NCBI GenBank assembly: GCA_045656285.1
Contig: JAZOQY010000036.1
Coordinates: 1,027 to 65,026, forward strand
From: Kiritimatiellia bacterium
GTDB taxonomy: Bacteria; Verrucomicrobiota; Kiritimatiellia; RFP12; UBA1067
Direction: 5' to 3'
Length of the DNA stretch: 64,000 nucleotides
Shown piece by piece: positions 20,598-29,014 of the stretch. Both the position numbers and the translations under genes were made by a program. A model generated the notes under the pieces. The model was given only the letters and a program-made list of their open reading frames with translations. It searched no databases and was not told where the DNA came from. Each line of letters starts with the position of its first letter. Position 1 is the stretch's first letter.

Positions 20598-22037
20598 ATG
20601 AAAATGAAATTAGTAAGAATATCAATTCTTTTTGTAGCTGCATTTGTTTCGTCGGTCGTTAGCGCAGCTCAGCCTAAATATGTTTTTGTGTTTATCGGTG
20701 ATGGCATGGCGGCCAACCATCGCGTTATGACCGATAAGTTTTCCCGCAAAATCGGCCGTGGGCCGCTTGCGATGGATGAACTTACGGTTAAGGGGCTTAC
20801 CACGACTCTTTCTGCCGATAAACTTGTAACCGATTCCGCTGCGGCTGCAACCGCGCTTGCTTGCGGTGTTAAGACCAAGAATTGCATGCTCGGTTGCGAT
20901 CCCGACGGAAATTATGTTCCTTCCTGCGCTACTCTCGCGAAAGAGGCCGGCAAGAAGGTTGGTATTATTACGACGGTAACCACAACTCACGCTACTCCCG
21001 CCGGCTTTTATGCCAGCGGTCTTTCAAGAGGTAAAAACTACCGCATCGCCGCAGATCTTGTCAATTCAGGCTTCGACTTTTTCGCCGGTGGCGGATTAGA
21101 CAGAAAGTACAACGACAAGAAGTCGCGCGCCTATAAAAATTACGGCAATATCTACGACTACGCTAAAAAGAAAGGATATAATGTCGTAACAAGCAAAAAG
21201 GATTTTCTCGCCCTTAAACCGTCGGACGGTAAAGTCCTGACGCGTTTTACCGATCTCGTTTATCCTTACGATATCGACATTACGAACGATGATGCCGAAC
21301 TTTATCCGACCTTGGCGCAGCTGCTTGAAAAATGCGTTGAGATGATTGACAATCCGGAAGGATTTTTTATCATGGTTGAAGGCGGCCGTATTGATTGGTC
21401 TGCTCACGCCAATGATGCTGCAACTTCCGTATTAGAAATTCTCGCGCTTGATGATGCTGTGAAAGTCGCGCTCGAATTTATGAAAAAGCACCCTAAAGAA
21501 ACGCTTGTTGTCGCAACCGGCGATCATGAAACAGGCGGTTTGACTGCTGGTGTTGCCGGCGTAACGACGGCTTCTGATATTTCTATTCTTAAGCATCAGA
21601 CAACGAGCATCAGAGAGTTTGACGAAAAGATGCGACAGGCTGTCTTAAAGAATCCGAATCTTGACTTCGAAGACGCGAAAAAGATGATAACTAAAGGATT
21701 CGGTTTGAAGTTTGAAGGTAATCCAAAGCTCGATCCTATGGTTCTTACGAAAAAAGAGATCGCCATGCTGAAATCCGAATTTGAAAAAGATCTAAAAAAA
21801 CTCTTGGCGAATATGATCAAGAAAAAAGATGCTGTTGAATATTTGACGATTTCCAAACATGTTCTCGGCATTCGTCTCGGTAAATTGGTTTCCAAGCGGG
21901 CTGGTGTGTCGTGGGCTCATACTCATCACTCAGGTCAACCGGTTATCATTTCCGCAGAGGGTTGCGGAGCTGAGCTTTTCAAGGGCAAGATGGAAAATTC
22001 CGATGTCGGTAAAAAGCTTAAATCTTTTTATCAATAA
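20598..22037 (+). CDS. phoA: Alkaline phosphatase (PhoA family)
   Basis: FIGDGM, VTDSAAAATA (catalytic Ser), HATPA, EGGRIDWSAHAND, GDHETGG; signal peptide. Confidence 0.92.
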   Translation: MKMKLVRISILFVAAFVSSVVSAAQPKYVFVFIGDGMAANHRVMTDKFSRKIGRGPLAMDELTVKGLTTTLSADKLVTDSAAAATALACGVKTKNCMLGCDPDGNYVPSCATLAKEAGKKVGIITTVTTTHATPAGFYASGLSRGKNYRIAADLVNSGFDFFAGGGLDRKYNDKKSRAYKNYGNIYDYAKKKGYNVVTSKKDFLALKPSDGKVLTRFTDLVYPYDIDITNDDAELYPTLAQLLEKCVEMIDNPEGFFIMVEGGRIDWSAHANDAATSVLEILALDDAVKVALEFMKKHPKETLVVATGDHETGGLTAGVAGVTTASDISILKHQTTSIREFDEKMRQAVLKNPNLDFEDAKKMITKGFGLKFEGNPKLDPMVLTKKEIAMLKSEFEKDLKKLLANMIKKKDAVEYLTISKHVLGIRLGKLVSKRAGVSWAHTHHSGQPVIISAEGCGAELFKGKMENSDVGKKLKSFYQ

Positions 22038-22043
22038 TATGAA

Positions 22044-23168
22044 ATGAAGATTTCAAAGTCTATATTGACATCTGTTTTTCTTGCACTTGTTTTAGCTATT
22101 GCTACAATTTATCTTCTAGTCCAGCCGGATCCGCCTACTTTGGTTTCAACGCCGCCTAAAGCGACGTCTACGGCGAAGGTTATTACGGTTGATGATACTT
22201 CCGTTGAAGATTTAGGCTCTGTCAAGTACGGAACGCAGCGCCTTAAGGTAGCGCTTCCAGACGGTCGCGAATTTCCGTCCGAGAATGAACTTTTAGCCGA
22301 GATCGAAAAGGATAAGGTTTTTAAGGCGGGAGATACGATTGTCGTCGAAATGCCGGAAACGATAAATGAAGAAACCGTTCTTTTTGCTCGCGATTACTGG
22401 CGGATCGGCTGGGCGGTGACTCTGTTTGTTTTGTTTGCTGTGCTATTGTGCGCTTTTGGAGGCTGGACAGGGATTCGTGCACTGTTTACTTTTTTCTTCA
22501 GTTGTCTTGCGATCTGGAAACTTCTCATTCCGGCTGTTTTGAATGGTGCGAACGCTTCGCTGATAAGTTTTTTAACTGTCGCTGTCTTAACGGCTGTTAT
22601 CGTTTTTCTGGTCGCAGGCATCAACAGCGTCGGCATTTCGGCATTTTTAGGTTCTATGCTGGGTGTTGGAGTTTCTCTTGCATTATCGTGGTTTTTCACT
22701 GAAGTCATGTATATTGACGGAGTGACAATGCCGTTTGCCCAGTTGCTTGTCAATGCGGATGCCAATATTGTTTCACTTCGCAACATTTTCGTCGGCGCGG
22801 TTATTCTCGCTTCATCCGGTGCCGTTATGGATCTTGCGATGGATATTGCAGCCGGCATGGCGGAGGTGCGCCGTCACAATCCCGATGTCGGCTTCAAGGA
22901 TCTTTTTTTGTCGGGCTGCCGCATAGGGCGAGCAGTTGTCGGAACAATGACGACAACTTTGCTTTTGGCATATTCGGGAGGATATCTTACGTTATTGATG
23001 GTTTTCGCTTCTGAAGGTGTAAAACCGGTGGACTTTATCAACAGTGCGCTTGTAAGTGCAGAGATCGTCAAGACTCTTGTCGGAAGTTTCGGGCTGGTTC
23101 TCGTAGCTCCATTTACGGCTCTTGCCGGCGCGTTCATTCTATCTGGATACGACAAAAAGAAAGGATAA
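22044..23168 (+). CDS. YibE/F family multipass membrane protein
   Basis: Many TM segments; SGAVMDLAMDI, GRAVVGTMTTTLLLAYSGG, EIVKTLVGSFGL. Confidence 0.88.
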   Translation: MKISKSILTSVFLALVLAIATIYLLVQPDPPTLVSTPPKATSTAKVITVDDTSVEDLGSVKYGTQRLKVALPDGREFPSENELLAEIEKDKVFKAGDTIVVEMPETINEETVLFARDYWRIGWAVTLFVLFAVLLCAFGGWTGIRALFTFFFSCLAIWKLLIPAVLNGANASLISFLTVAVLTAVIVFLVAGINSVGISAFLGSMLGVGVSLALSWFFTEVMYIDGVTMPFAQLLVNADANIVSLRNIFVGAVILASSGAVMDLAMDIAAGMAEVRRHNPDVGFKDLFLSGCRIGRAVVGTMTTTLLLAYSGGYLTLLMVFASEGVKPVDFINSALVSAEIVKTLVGSFGLVLVAPFTALAGAFILSGYDKKKG

Positions 23169-23171
23169 CCA

Positions 23172-24578
23172 ATGACTGCATCTTTAACGCTCGCCGCACT
23201 CTTGCCTGTCATTCCTCAACCTACAGAATGGAGGCCGTCCCAGGGTGAGTGCGACCTTGCTTCTGCGACGGTTGTCGAAAAGATCATCACCGACGCATCA
23301 TTGGGTGATGAAGGGTATAGGATGTTTATACGCCCCGGCGAGATCGAAATTGTCGCTGATGCGAAATCGGGACTGCTCTGGGGGCGTCAGACCTTGGCGC
23401 AGCTGAAGAACGCCGCCCCCAAGGCCGAATGCGGTGAAATCTTCGACAAGCCCAAATATCGTGTTCGTGGCTTTATGATGGATGTCGGTCGCATGTATCA
23501 CTCGATGGATTTTCTTCGCGACTTGGCCAGGACGATGGCGTATTACAAGATGAATACGCTTCATATTCACATAAGCGACTGCGAAATCGAGAAAAATCCC
23601 AAGGCGGACTGGACGAAAAAGCAGGCGGCGTTCCGTTTGGAGTCTGAGGTTTATCCGGGGCTTACCGCGAAGGACGGACATTACGCCAAAAAGGAATTTC
23701 GCGAGTTCATGCTTTACTGCAAATCTCTCGGCATTACCGTAATTCCTGAAATTGACGTTCCCGCCCATTCTCTCGCCTTTACGCGCTTAAAGCCAGAGTT
23801 CGCCTCAAAAAAATATGGTGCCGACCATTTCGATCTGGACAAGACCGACGAAATCATAGCTTGGCTCAAGCCGCTTTTTGCCGAATACATGACAGGAGAG
23901 AATCCCACGTTCATCGGACCTTACATGCACGTCGGAACTGATGAATACAACAGTGCCGAAGCCGAAAAATTCCGTAAATTCACCGATGAAATGTTCAAGA
24001 TGGTCGAAGGGTTCGGCTATAAGGCATGCGCATGGGGGGCGCTTTCCCATGCACGCGGCAAAACTCCCGTCCGTGCGAGTCGTGATATAACGATCGATAT
24101 CTGGTACAATCCATTTTATCAACCCAAAGAAGCGCTTGATGCAGGGTATACCATCGTGTCGATTCCGGACGGACTTGTTTATCTTGTGCCTTTCACCGGG
24201 TATTACTACGATTATCTGAACTGCCGCTATCTCTACGAACACTGGGAGCCTCGCATTGTCGGCAATTATGTCGTGCCGGACGACAAGCTCGATCAGCTCG
24301 CAGGCGGCAAGTTCGCTCTGTGGAACGACGCTCTTGGCCGCAAGGTTAAGGTCGAGGGCAAACCCCCTTATACTGAAGCGGACAATTGGGACAGAATCTA
24401 TCCTGCTCTGCAGACGCTCAGCCAGAAGTTCTGGACAGGCGCACGTCCCGATCAGCCGTGGTCGCATTTTGCTCCTTTGGCCGATTCGAAAGGGGAGCCT
24501 GACGGCGTCAAGTTCTCGAGAATTTTCAGGTTTAATCCAAAGCCTGTTCCGGCAAAGCCGACGAAAACACAGAAATAA
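23172..24578 (+). CDS. GH20 beta-N-acetylhexosaminidase/lacto-N-biosidase-like
   Basis: RGFMMDVGR, KMNTLHIHISD, IPEIDVPAHS, HVGTDE catalytic pair. Confidence 0.9.
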   Translation: MTASLTLAALLPVIPQPTEWRPSQGECDLASATVVEKIITDASLGDEGYRMFIRPGEIEIVADAKSGLLWGRQTLAQLKNAAPKAECGEIFDKPKYRVRGFMMDVGRMYHSMDFLRDLARTMAYYKMNTLHIHISDCEIEKNPKADWTKKQAAFRLESEVYPGLTAKDGHYAKKEFREFMLYCKSLGITVIPEIDVPAHSLAFTRLKPEFASKKYGADHFDLDKTDEIIAWLKPLFAEYMTGENPTFIGPYMHVGTDEYNSAEAEKFRKFTDEMFKMVEGFGYKACAWGALSHARGKTPVRASRDITIDIWYNPFYQPKEALDAGYTIVSIPDGLVYLVPFTGYYYDYLNCRYLYEHWEPRIVGNYVVPDDKLDQLAGGKFALWNDALGRKVKVEGKPPYTEADNWDRIYPALQTLSQKFWTGARPDQPWSHFAPLADSKGEPDGVKFSRIFRFNPKPVPAKPTKTQK

Positions 24579-24603
24579 ACGGTATACTTCGGTTTCGGGC
24601 GAA

Positions 24604-24636
24604 ACAAAAGGAACGCATCAAATGCGTTCCTTTTGT
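24604..24636. terminator. Bidirectional intrinsic terminator
   Basis: Perfect hairpin ACAAAAGGAACGCAT-CAA-ATGCGTTCCTTTTGT between convergent genes. Confidence 0.8.
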
Positions 24637-24658
24637 GCTTTTACGTTCCGATTTGGGA

Positions 24659-25792
24659 TCAGAGCGAGCGGATCGTTTTTACGAGCTCTTCGCGTGATCC
24701 GGAGGGAATAGCACCTTCGGGCAGAACCTTCACCGCAGAGCCGAAGCCTATAACAGTTCCTCCACGGCTGATGAACTTCTCAACAAGCTTCTTGACGTTT
24801 TTGCCGCGCTTGGGGTCGGCAATGATGTCGTTCGTGATGACGAGAATGTTGATATGGTCGAGCTGACGGCGCCAATCGGACATTACATCAACGGGGACGA
24901 GATACATGTCATCGGCCGCGTCGATGGCGAGGGCTGTTTCAGCCATTTCGATGCCGCTGATGTAGCTGGTTAGATAGCCGACGGCGACAGCATCTTTCTT
25001 TTTCATTCTTGGAGGAAACTTTACTTCGCGACCCGTAACGAACTTGAACGCGCCTTCAACGATATCAAGCGTGTCTTCAAAATATTCAGGGTGAGCGACG
25101 GTCGTAAAGACCTTGCCCTTGCCGAATGTTCCGCCCAGAATGGCGGGAGCGCCGAACATCTCGGTGTTTGCGCGACCGGTCGTCGAGGCTTCAAAGTCGT
25201 AGGTGGCGAACACCTCAAACTTGGCGTCGGGAACTTCGTTTTCGGTCTTCTTGATGATAGGGCCGCCGCTGTATCTTATGCGGCGGGGCTCTTCAGCGAT
25301 ACCGAGAGCCTCTGCGCCGGCCTTGGTGATCTTGAAGTTTCCGTTGATGAGCTTTGTGCTGCTCAGGCGCCTGTACGGAACAATCCTGAGTCTTCTGTCA
25401 TCCTCGTTGAGAAGAATGCTGCAGCCGGCGCACGTTCCGATGTAACCGCCTCCGTTCAAGATGAACTCCTTGAATTTCTTGACGCCTTCCTCGGTGAGAG
25501 AAGTGAATTCGTCTTTGCTGTTGCCTCCCGGCATGACAACAACGTCCTCACCCTCGAGGGCTCCGGCTGCGACGGCCTCGCCGTCGACGAGCTTCATTCT
25601 CATCTCGGGGCATTCGTTGATGAGACGGCACCATTCGATCGCTCCAATGCCTTTGGCGCCTTCGCCAAGGTAGATGGAAACTTTTATGGGAGCGGCGCTT
25701 TTGCTGCACTTTACGCTGGGCGATGTTGCACATCCTGACAGAATCGTCGTGATTACGACCGCGACTATGGACAATCTTAATGTAATTTTCAT
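24659..25792 (-). CDS. Lipoprotein with a BPL_N / class I glutamine-amidotransferase-like domain
   Basis: Lipobox LSGC; MPGG, GGGYIGTCAG nucleophile elbow, Y.GGP, HPE; second degenerate GATase-like domain at the C-terminus (FISRGGTVIGFG). Confidence 0.75.
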   Translation of the reverse strand: MKITLRLSIVAVVITTILSGCATSPSVKCSKSAAPIKVSIYLGEGAKGIGAIEWCRLINECPEMRMKLVDGEAVAAGALEGEDVVVMPGGNSKDEFTSLTEEGVKKFKEFILNGGGYIGTCAGCSILLNEDDRRLRIVPYRRLSSTKLINGNFKITKAGAEALGIAEEPRRIRYSGGPIIKKTENEVPDAKFEVFATYDFEASTTGRANTEMFGAPAILGGTFGKGKVFTTVAHPEYFEDTLDIVEGAFKFVTGREVKFPPRMKKKDAVAVGYLTSYISGIEMAETALAIDAADDMYLVPVDVMSDWRRQLDHINILVITNDIIADPKRGKNVKKLVEKFISRGGTVIGFGSAVKVLPEGAIPSGSREELVKTIRSL

Positions 25793-25827
25793 GTTTTGCT
25801 TTCTCTTTTGAGTTGCGATATCTGTAG

Positions 25828-25836
25828 ATTATATCA
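25828..25836 (-). promoter_or_regulatory. Extended -10 promoter element
   Basis: TGATATAAT on the minus strand 35 bp upstream of the BPL_N-like gene. Confidence 0.55.
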
Positions 25837-25879
25837 AATTTATTGAATTAAAGCCGATTGTCGGCGAAACTCTTTTTAT

Positions 25880-26027
25880 GGGTGCGATTTTATTTCGTTG
25901 AAAAAAAAGGTGGTTGCAAAGCTTCAGCCAAGGAGCTCATCTTTGCGAACGCGCGGAGTCGACGCGTTCGACGGACGAACCACACGACCCACGCAAAACC
26001 TTCCTCAACAATTTAGAATCGCAACCC
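25880..26027 (+). repeat. MITE-like palindromic dispersed repeat, copy A
   Basis: Aligns along its length with the reverse complement of 60865-61008. Imperfect terminal inverted repeats GGGTGCGATTTTATTTCGTTGA / TCAACAATTTAGAATCGCAACCC; internal hairpins. Confidence 0.8.
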
Positions 26028-26029
26028 TA

Positions 26030-26059
26030 TTGAAAACAACGACCTGTTTTTGATATAAT
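26030..26059 (+). promoter_or_regulatory. tRNA promoter
   Basis: TTGAAA-18 bp-TATAAT with extended TG, 17 bp upstream of the tRNA. Confidence 0.65.
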
Positions 26060-26076
26060 ATCCGCAATTCGTTTTC

Positions 26077-26153
26077 GGGCGGTTAGCTCAGTTGGTTAGA
26101 GCATCTCGTTTACACCGAGAGGGTCGGGAGTTCGAGTCTCTCACCGCCCACCA
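26077..26153 (+). tRNA. trnV: tRNA-Val (anticodon TAC)
   Basis: GGGCGGT acceptor stem pairs with ACCGCCC; D-arm AGCTCAGTTGGTTAGAGC; anticodon arm CTCG-TTTACAC-CGAG; GTTCGAG T-loop; encoded CCA. Confidence 0.97.
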
Positions 26154-26247
26154 ATCAAAAGTCCCGTTTGGGTACGTTGTCCGACAAACCTTGATTCACC
26201 TCGTTTACGCTCTTTGTGGATTGGTTTGGGATTTAAGACTGAAAATA

Positions 26248-26256
26248 TGATATAAT
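26248..26256 (+). promoter_or_regulatory. Extended -10 promoter element
   Basis: TGATATAAT upstream of the GH2 gene, with an AAAGGA SD before ATG 26300. Confidence 0.55.
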
Positions 26257-26299
26257 AGTTCATGCTATATATTACTTTTCCGAAAAGGATCGTATAAAC

Positions 26300-29005
26300 A
26301 TGAACATTAAAAATTTTGCCATAGCGTTGATCTGCATTTCAACTGCAGCCAAGATGTTTGCGGAAGAAATTCCTTTGCCCGAGCATCCGCGTCCTGATTG
26401 GGAGCGCGCCGATTGGGTCAACTTGAATGGTCAGTGGGATTTTGGATTCGAGCCGAATGCGTATACCCAGAAGATTACCGTGCCTTTCGGCTGGGGCTCG
26501 AAGCTTTCCGGCGTTCAAATGCAGAAGGGCAAGGATACCGGTTACTACATGAGATCAGTCACCATTCCTTCAACCTGGAAGGGCAAGCGCGTTTTTGTGG
26601 TCGTCGGCGCTGCCGATCATGACACTGAATGTTTCATCGATGGCACACCACTCGGCAAGCATGTCGGCGGTTATACGCCTTTCGAATATGAGATTACCGA
26701 CTTTGTCCGTTGGGGCGAGGTCCAGAAGATCGAATTCAAGGTCTGGGACCCCAACGACCAGGAGGCTCGCGACGGGCACTACCTTTACGGCAAGCAGGGC
26801 TACGGCAATGCGCGCGGCATCTGGCAGACCGTCTATCTCGAAGCCAGAGGCATGAACTACTTCGATTATGCCCGCCTTACGCCGAGCATCAAGAATTCAA
26901 GCGTGACGGCTGATTTGCGTCTTGGTGCGCCTGCGAAGTCCAAGCTTGCCGCGAAAATCACCCTTGCCGGCAAGACGACGAATGTCACTTTCAATCCCGG
27001 CGAAATGGAGAAGAGCGTCGAAATCAAGATTGCAAAACCGAAGCTTTGGGATCTGGACAATCCCTACCTTTATGATGTCTCGCTTGCGCTTTCGCCGGTT
27101 TCGCAGTCATGGAAGTCCGATAAGGTCAAGACATATTTCGGTTTCCGTGAAATCGGCACCGGCATCAACTCCGCGGGCGATAATTATGTAACGCTGAACG
27201 GGAAGCCGATCTATCTTCAGCTTTGCCTCGATCAGAGCTATCATCAGGACGGATGGTATACGTTCCCGTCCGACGAGTTCATGAAGAACGATCTTCTTAT
27301 CTCCAAAAAGCTCGCTCTTTCCGGAAACCGCATTCACATCAAGGTCGAGATTCCCCGCAAGCTCTACTGGGCCGACAAGCTCGGTCTTCTTATCCAGGCT
27401 GACGTCCCCAACGCGTGGGGCGACCCCAGCGAGACCATGTTCGAGGAGCACTGGAAATGTTTTGAGGATATGGTGAAGCGCGACTACAACCACCCGTCGA
27501 TCTACCAGTGGACCCTCTTCAACGAGACATGGGGGCTCAAGTCCAACCGTTCTCTCTCCATGGGCCTGGCTTCGGGCGACAAGGGCGGGCGCCCGATGTT
27601 CCGCCCGTGGACCCAGCGTCGCGTCGCAGATTGCTATTTCAAGGCGAAGAACCTTGATCCGACACGCATTATCGAGGACAATTCACCGTGCAACCGCGAC
27701 CATGTCGTCACCGATGTCAACACGTGGCATTCGTACGTTGCCGGCTACGGATGGGACGAGCGTGTCGAGCACATCTGCAAAAATACTTCTGTCGGCTCCA
27801 AATTCAACTACATCGGCGGATTTGTGCAGACGGGCGTTCCGATGATGAACTCCGAGTGCGGCAATGTCTGGGGCTATAACGGCTCGACGGGCGACTGCGA
27901 TTTCTCATGGGATTACCACATGATGATCAACGCCTTCCGCCGCCGTCTCAAGTGTGCCGGCTGGCTTTACACCGAGCATCACGATGTCATCAACGAGTGG
28001 AACGGCTACGTTCGATTCGACCGTTCGCCGAAGTACGACGGCATGGACGAGCTTGCCGGAATGACGCTTAAGGATTTCCACGGTGATGCCGGCATCGTAT
28101 TCTTCGGCAAGCGCGGCAACGAGATCGGCGAGTTCATCGCTCCCGGCGCCAAGCATGCGATCCCCGTCGGACCTTCGCTCATTACCGACAGGTACAACGG
28201 CAAAAAGCTCAAGCTCGCCATGAGCGCATGGTGGTATGACGACAAGGGCGCCAAGGTATCAATGCCCGAAACAACGCTCAAGCGCGAAGTTACTGCGAAG
28301 GGCTGGAAAGCCGAGAAGCTCTGGGATGCCGAGTTTGACGCGCCAAAGACCCCTGCCTGCGGCTGCGTCGTCTTCAGGCTTCTTGCCGACGGCAAGGAGA
28401 TCGCACGCAACTTCTGGTCGTTCTCGACGGTCGACACCAAAGCTACGATGGCAAAGCCTGTCAGATCCAGCTGGTCGGCGGGCACGGCCGAAGTTCTTGA
28501 CGGGCTTAAGATCAACGGTTTCGGCAATGGATATTTCGAGTATGAGCTCGACGCTCCCAAGGAGGGCGGCGTATTCAGGATCGAACTTTCCGCCAAGCGC
28601 AAGAATGCCAAGGATTTCGAGAACAAGTCCAGCGCCGGCGGTCTTGACTACATGCTTGGCGGCGGCGCGTCCGATCGTTCCAAGAACCCCAACAGCTATC
28701 CCCAGACGAGCGACGTGAAGTTCCCCGCCAACATCAAGGCTTCGATCGGCGGCAAGGTAGTGCTCGAACAGGTCCTGCCCGACGACCCTGCCGACCATCG
28801 CGGCATCCTGTCGTGGTTCTCGCAGCTTCGCGACCGCAAATTGCGCGAGGCGGGCAGCTACGGCTATCTTGTTGAGGTTCCCGTCACTGCAGATCAGGTC
28901 AAAAACGGCAAGGTCACGATTCGTCTCGAGTCTGACGCCGGCCTCGCCGTTTACGGTCCGCGTTTCGGGCGCTATCCGATTGCGCCTGCTGTAATGAAAA
29001 AGTAA
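26300..29005 (+). CDS. GH2 family glycoside hydrolase, exported
   Basis: EHPRPDWER..W.NLNGQWDF, HVGGYTPF, GIWQTVYLE, LWDLDNPYLY, LDQ.Y...G.YT, NHPSI.QW..FNE, SECG. Confidence 0.9.
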   Translation: MNIKNFAIALICISTAAKMFAEEIPLPEHPRPDWERADWVNLNGQWDFGFEPNAYTQKITVPFGWGSKLSGVQMQKGKDTGYYMRSVTIPSTWKGKRVFVVVGAADHDTECFIDGTPLGKHVGGYTPFEYEITDFVRWGEVQKIEFKVWDPNDQEARDGHYLYGKQGYGNARGIWQTVYLEARGMNYFDYARLTPSIKNSSVTADLRLGAPAKSKLAAKITLAGKTTNVTFNPGEMEKSVEIKIAKPKLWDLDNPYLYDVSLALSPVSQSWKSDKVKTYFGFREIGTGINSAGDNYVTLNGKPIYLQLCLDQSYHQDGWYTFPSDEFMKNDLLISKKLALSGNRIHIKVEIPRKLYWADKLGLLIQADVPNAWGDPSETMFEEHWKCFEDMVKRDYNHPSIYQWTLFNETWGLKSNRSLSMGLASGDKGGRPMFRPWTQRRVADCYFKAKNLDPTRIIEDNSPCNRDHVVTDVNTWHSYVAGYGWDERVEHICKNTSVGSKFNYIGGFVQTGVPMMNSECGNVWGYNGSTGDCDFSWDYHMMINAFRRRLKCAGWLYTEHHDVINEWNGYVRFDRSPKYDGMDELAGMTLKDFHGDAGIVFFGKRGNEIGEFIAPGAKHAIPVGPSLITDRYNGKKLKLAMSAWWYDDKGAKVSMPETTLKREVTAKGWKAEKLWDAEFDAPKTPACGCVVFRLLADGKEIARNFWSFSTVDTKATMAKPVRSSWSAGTAEVLDGLKINGFGNGYFEYELDAPKEGGVFRIELSAKRKNAKDFENKSSAGGLDYMLGGGASDRSKNPNSYPQTSDVKFPANIKASIGGKVVLEQVLPDDPADHRGILSWFSQLRDRKLREAGSYGYLVEVPVTADQVKNGKVTIRLESDAGLAVYGPRFGRYPIAPAVMKK

Positions 29006-29014
29006 TCTCGCCTT

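Noticed and set aside
25880-26027. Integron attC interpretation of the palindromic repeat
   Set aside because: It lacks the RYYYAAC/GTTRRRY core ends, and there is no cassette array or integrase.
26180-26232. Weak hairpin downstream of the tRNA (CAAACC...GGTTTG)
   Set aside because: Imperfect pairing, a large loop and no U-tract. It cannot be supported as a terminator or ncRNA.
26262-26297. 11-codon uORF (MLYITFPKRIV) between the -10 box and the GH2 start
   Set aside because: Short enough to arise by chance. GH2 has its own SD and no attenuator structure is evident.
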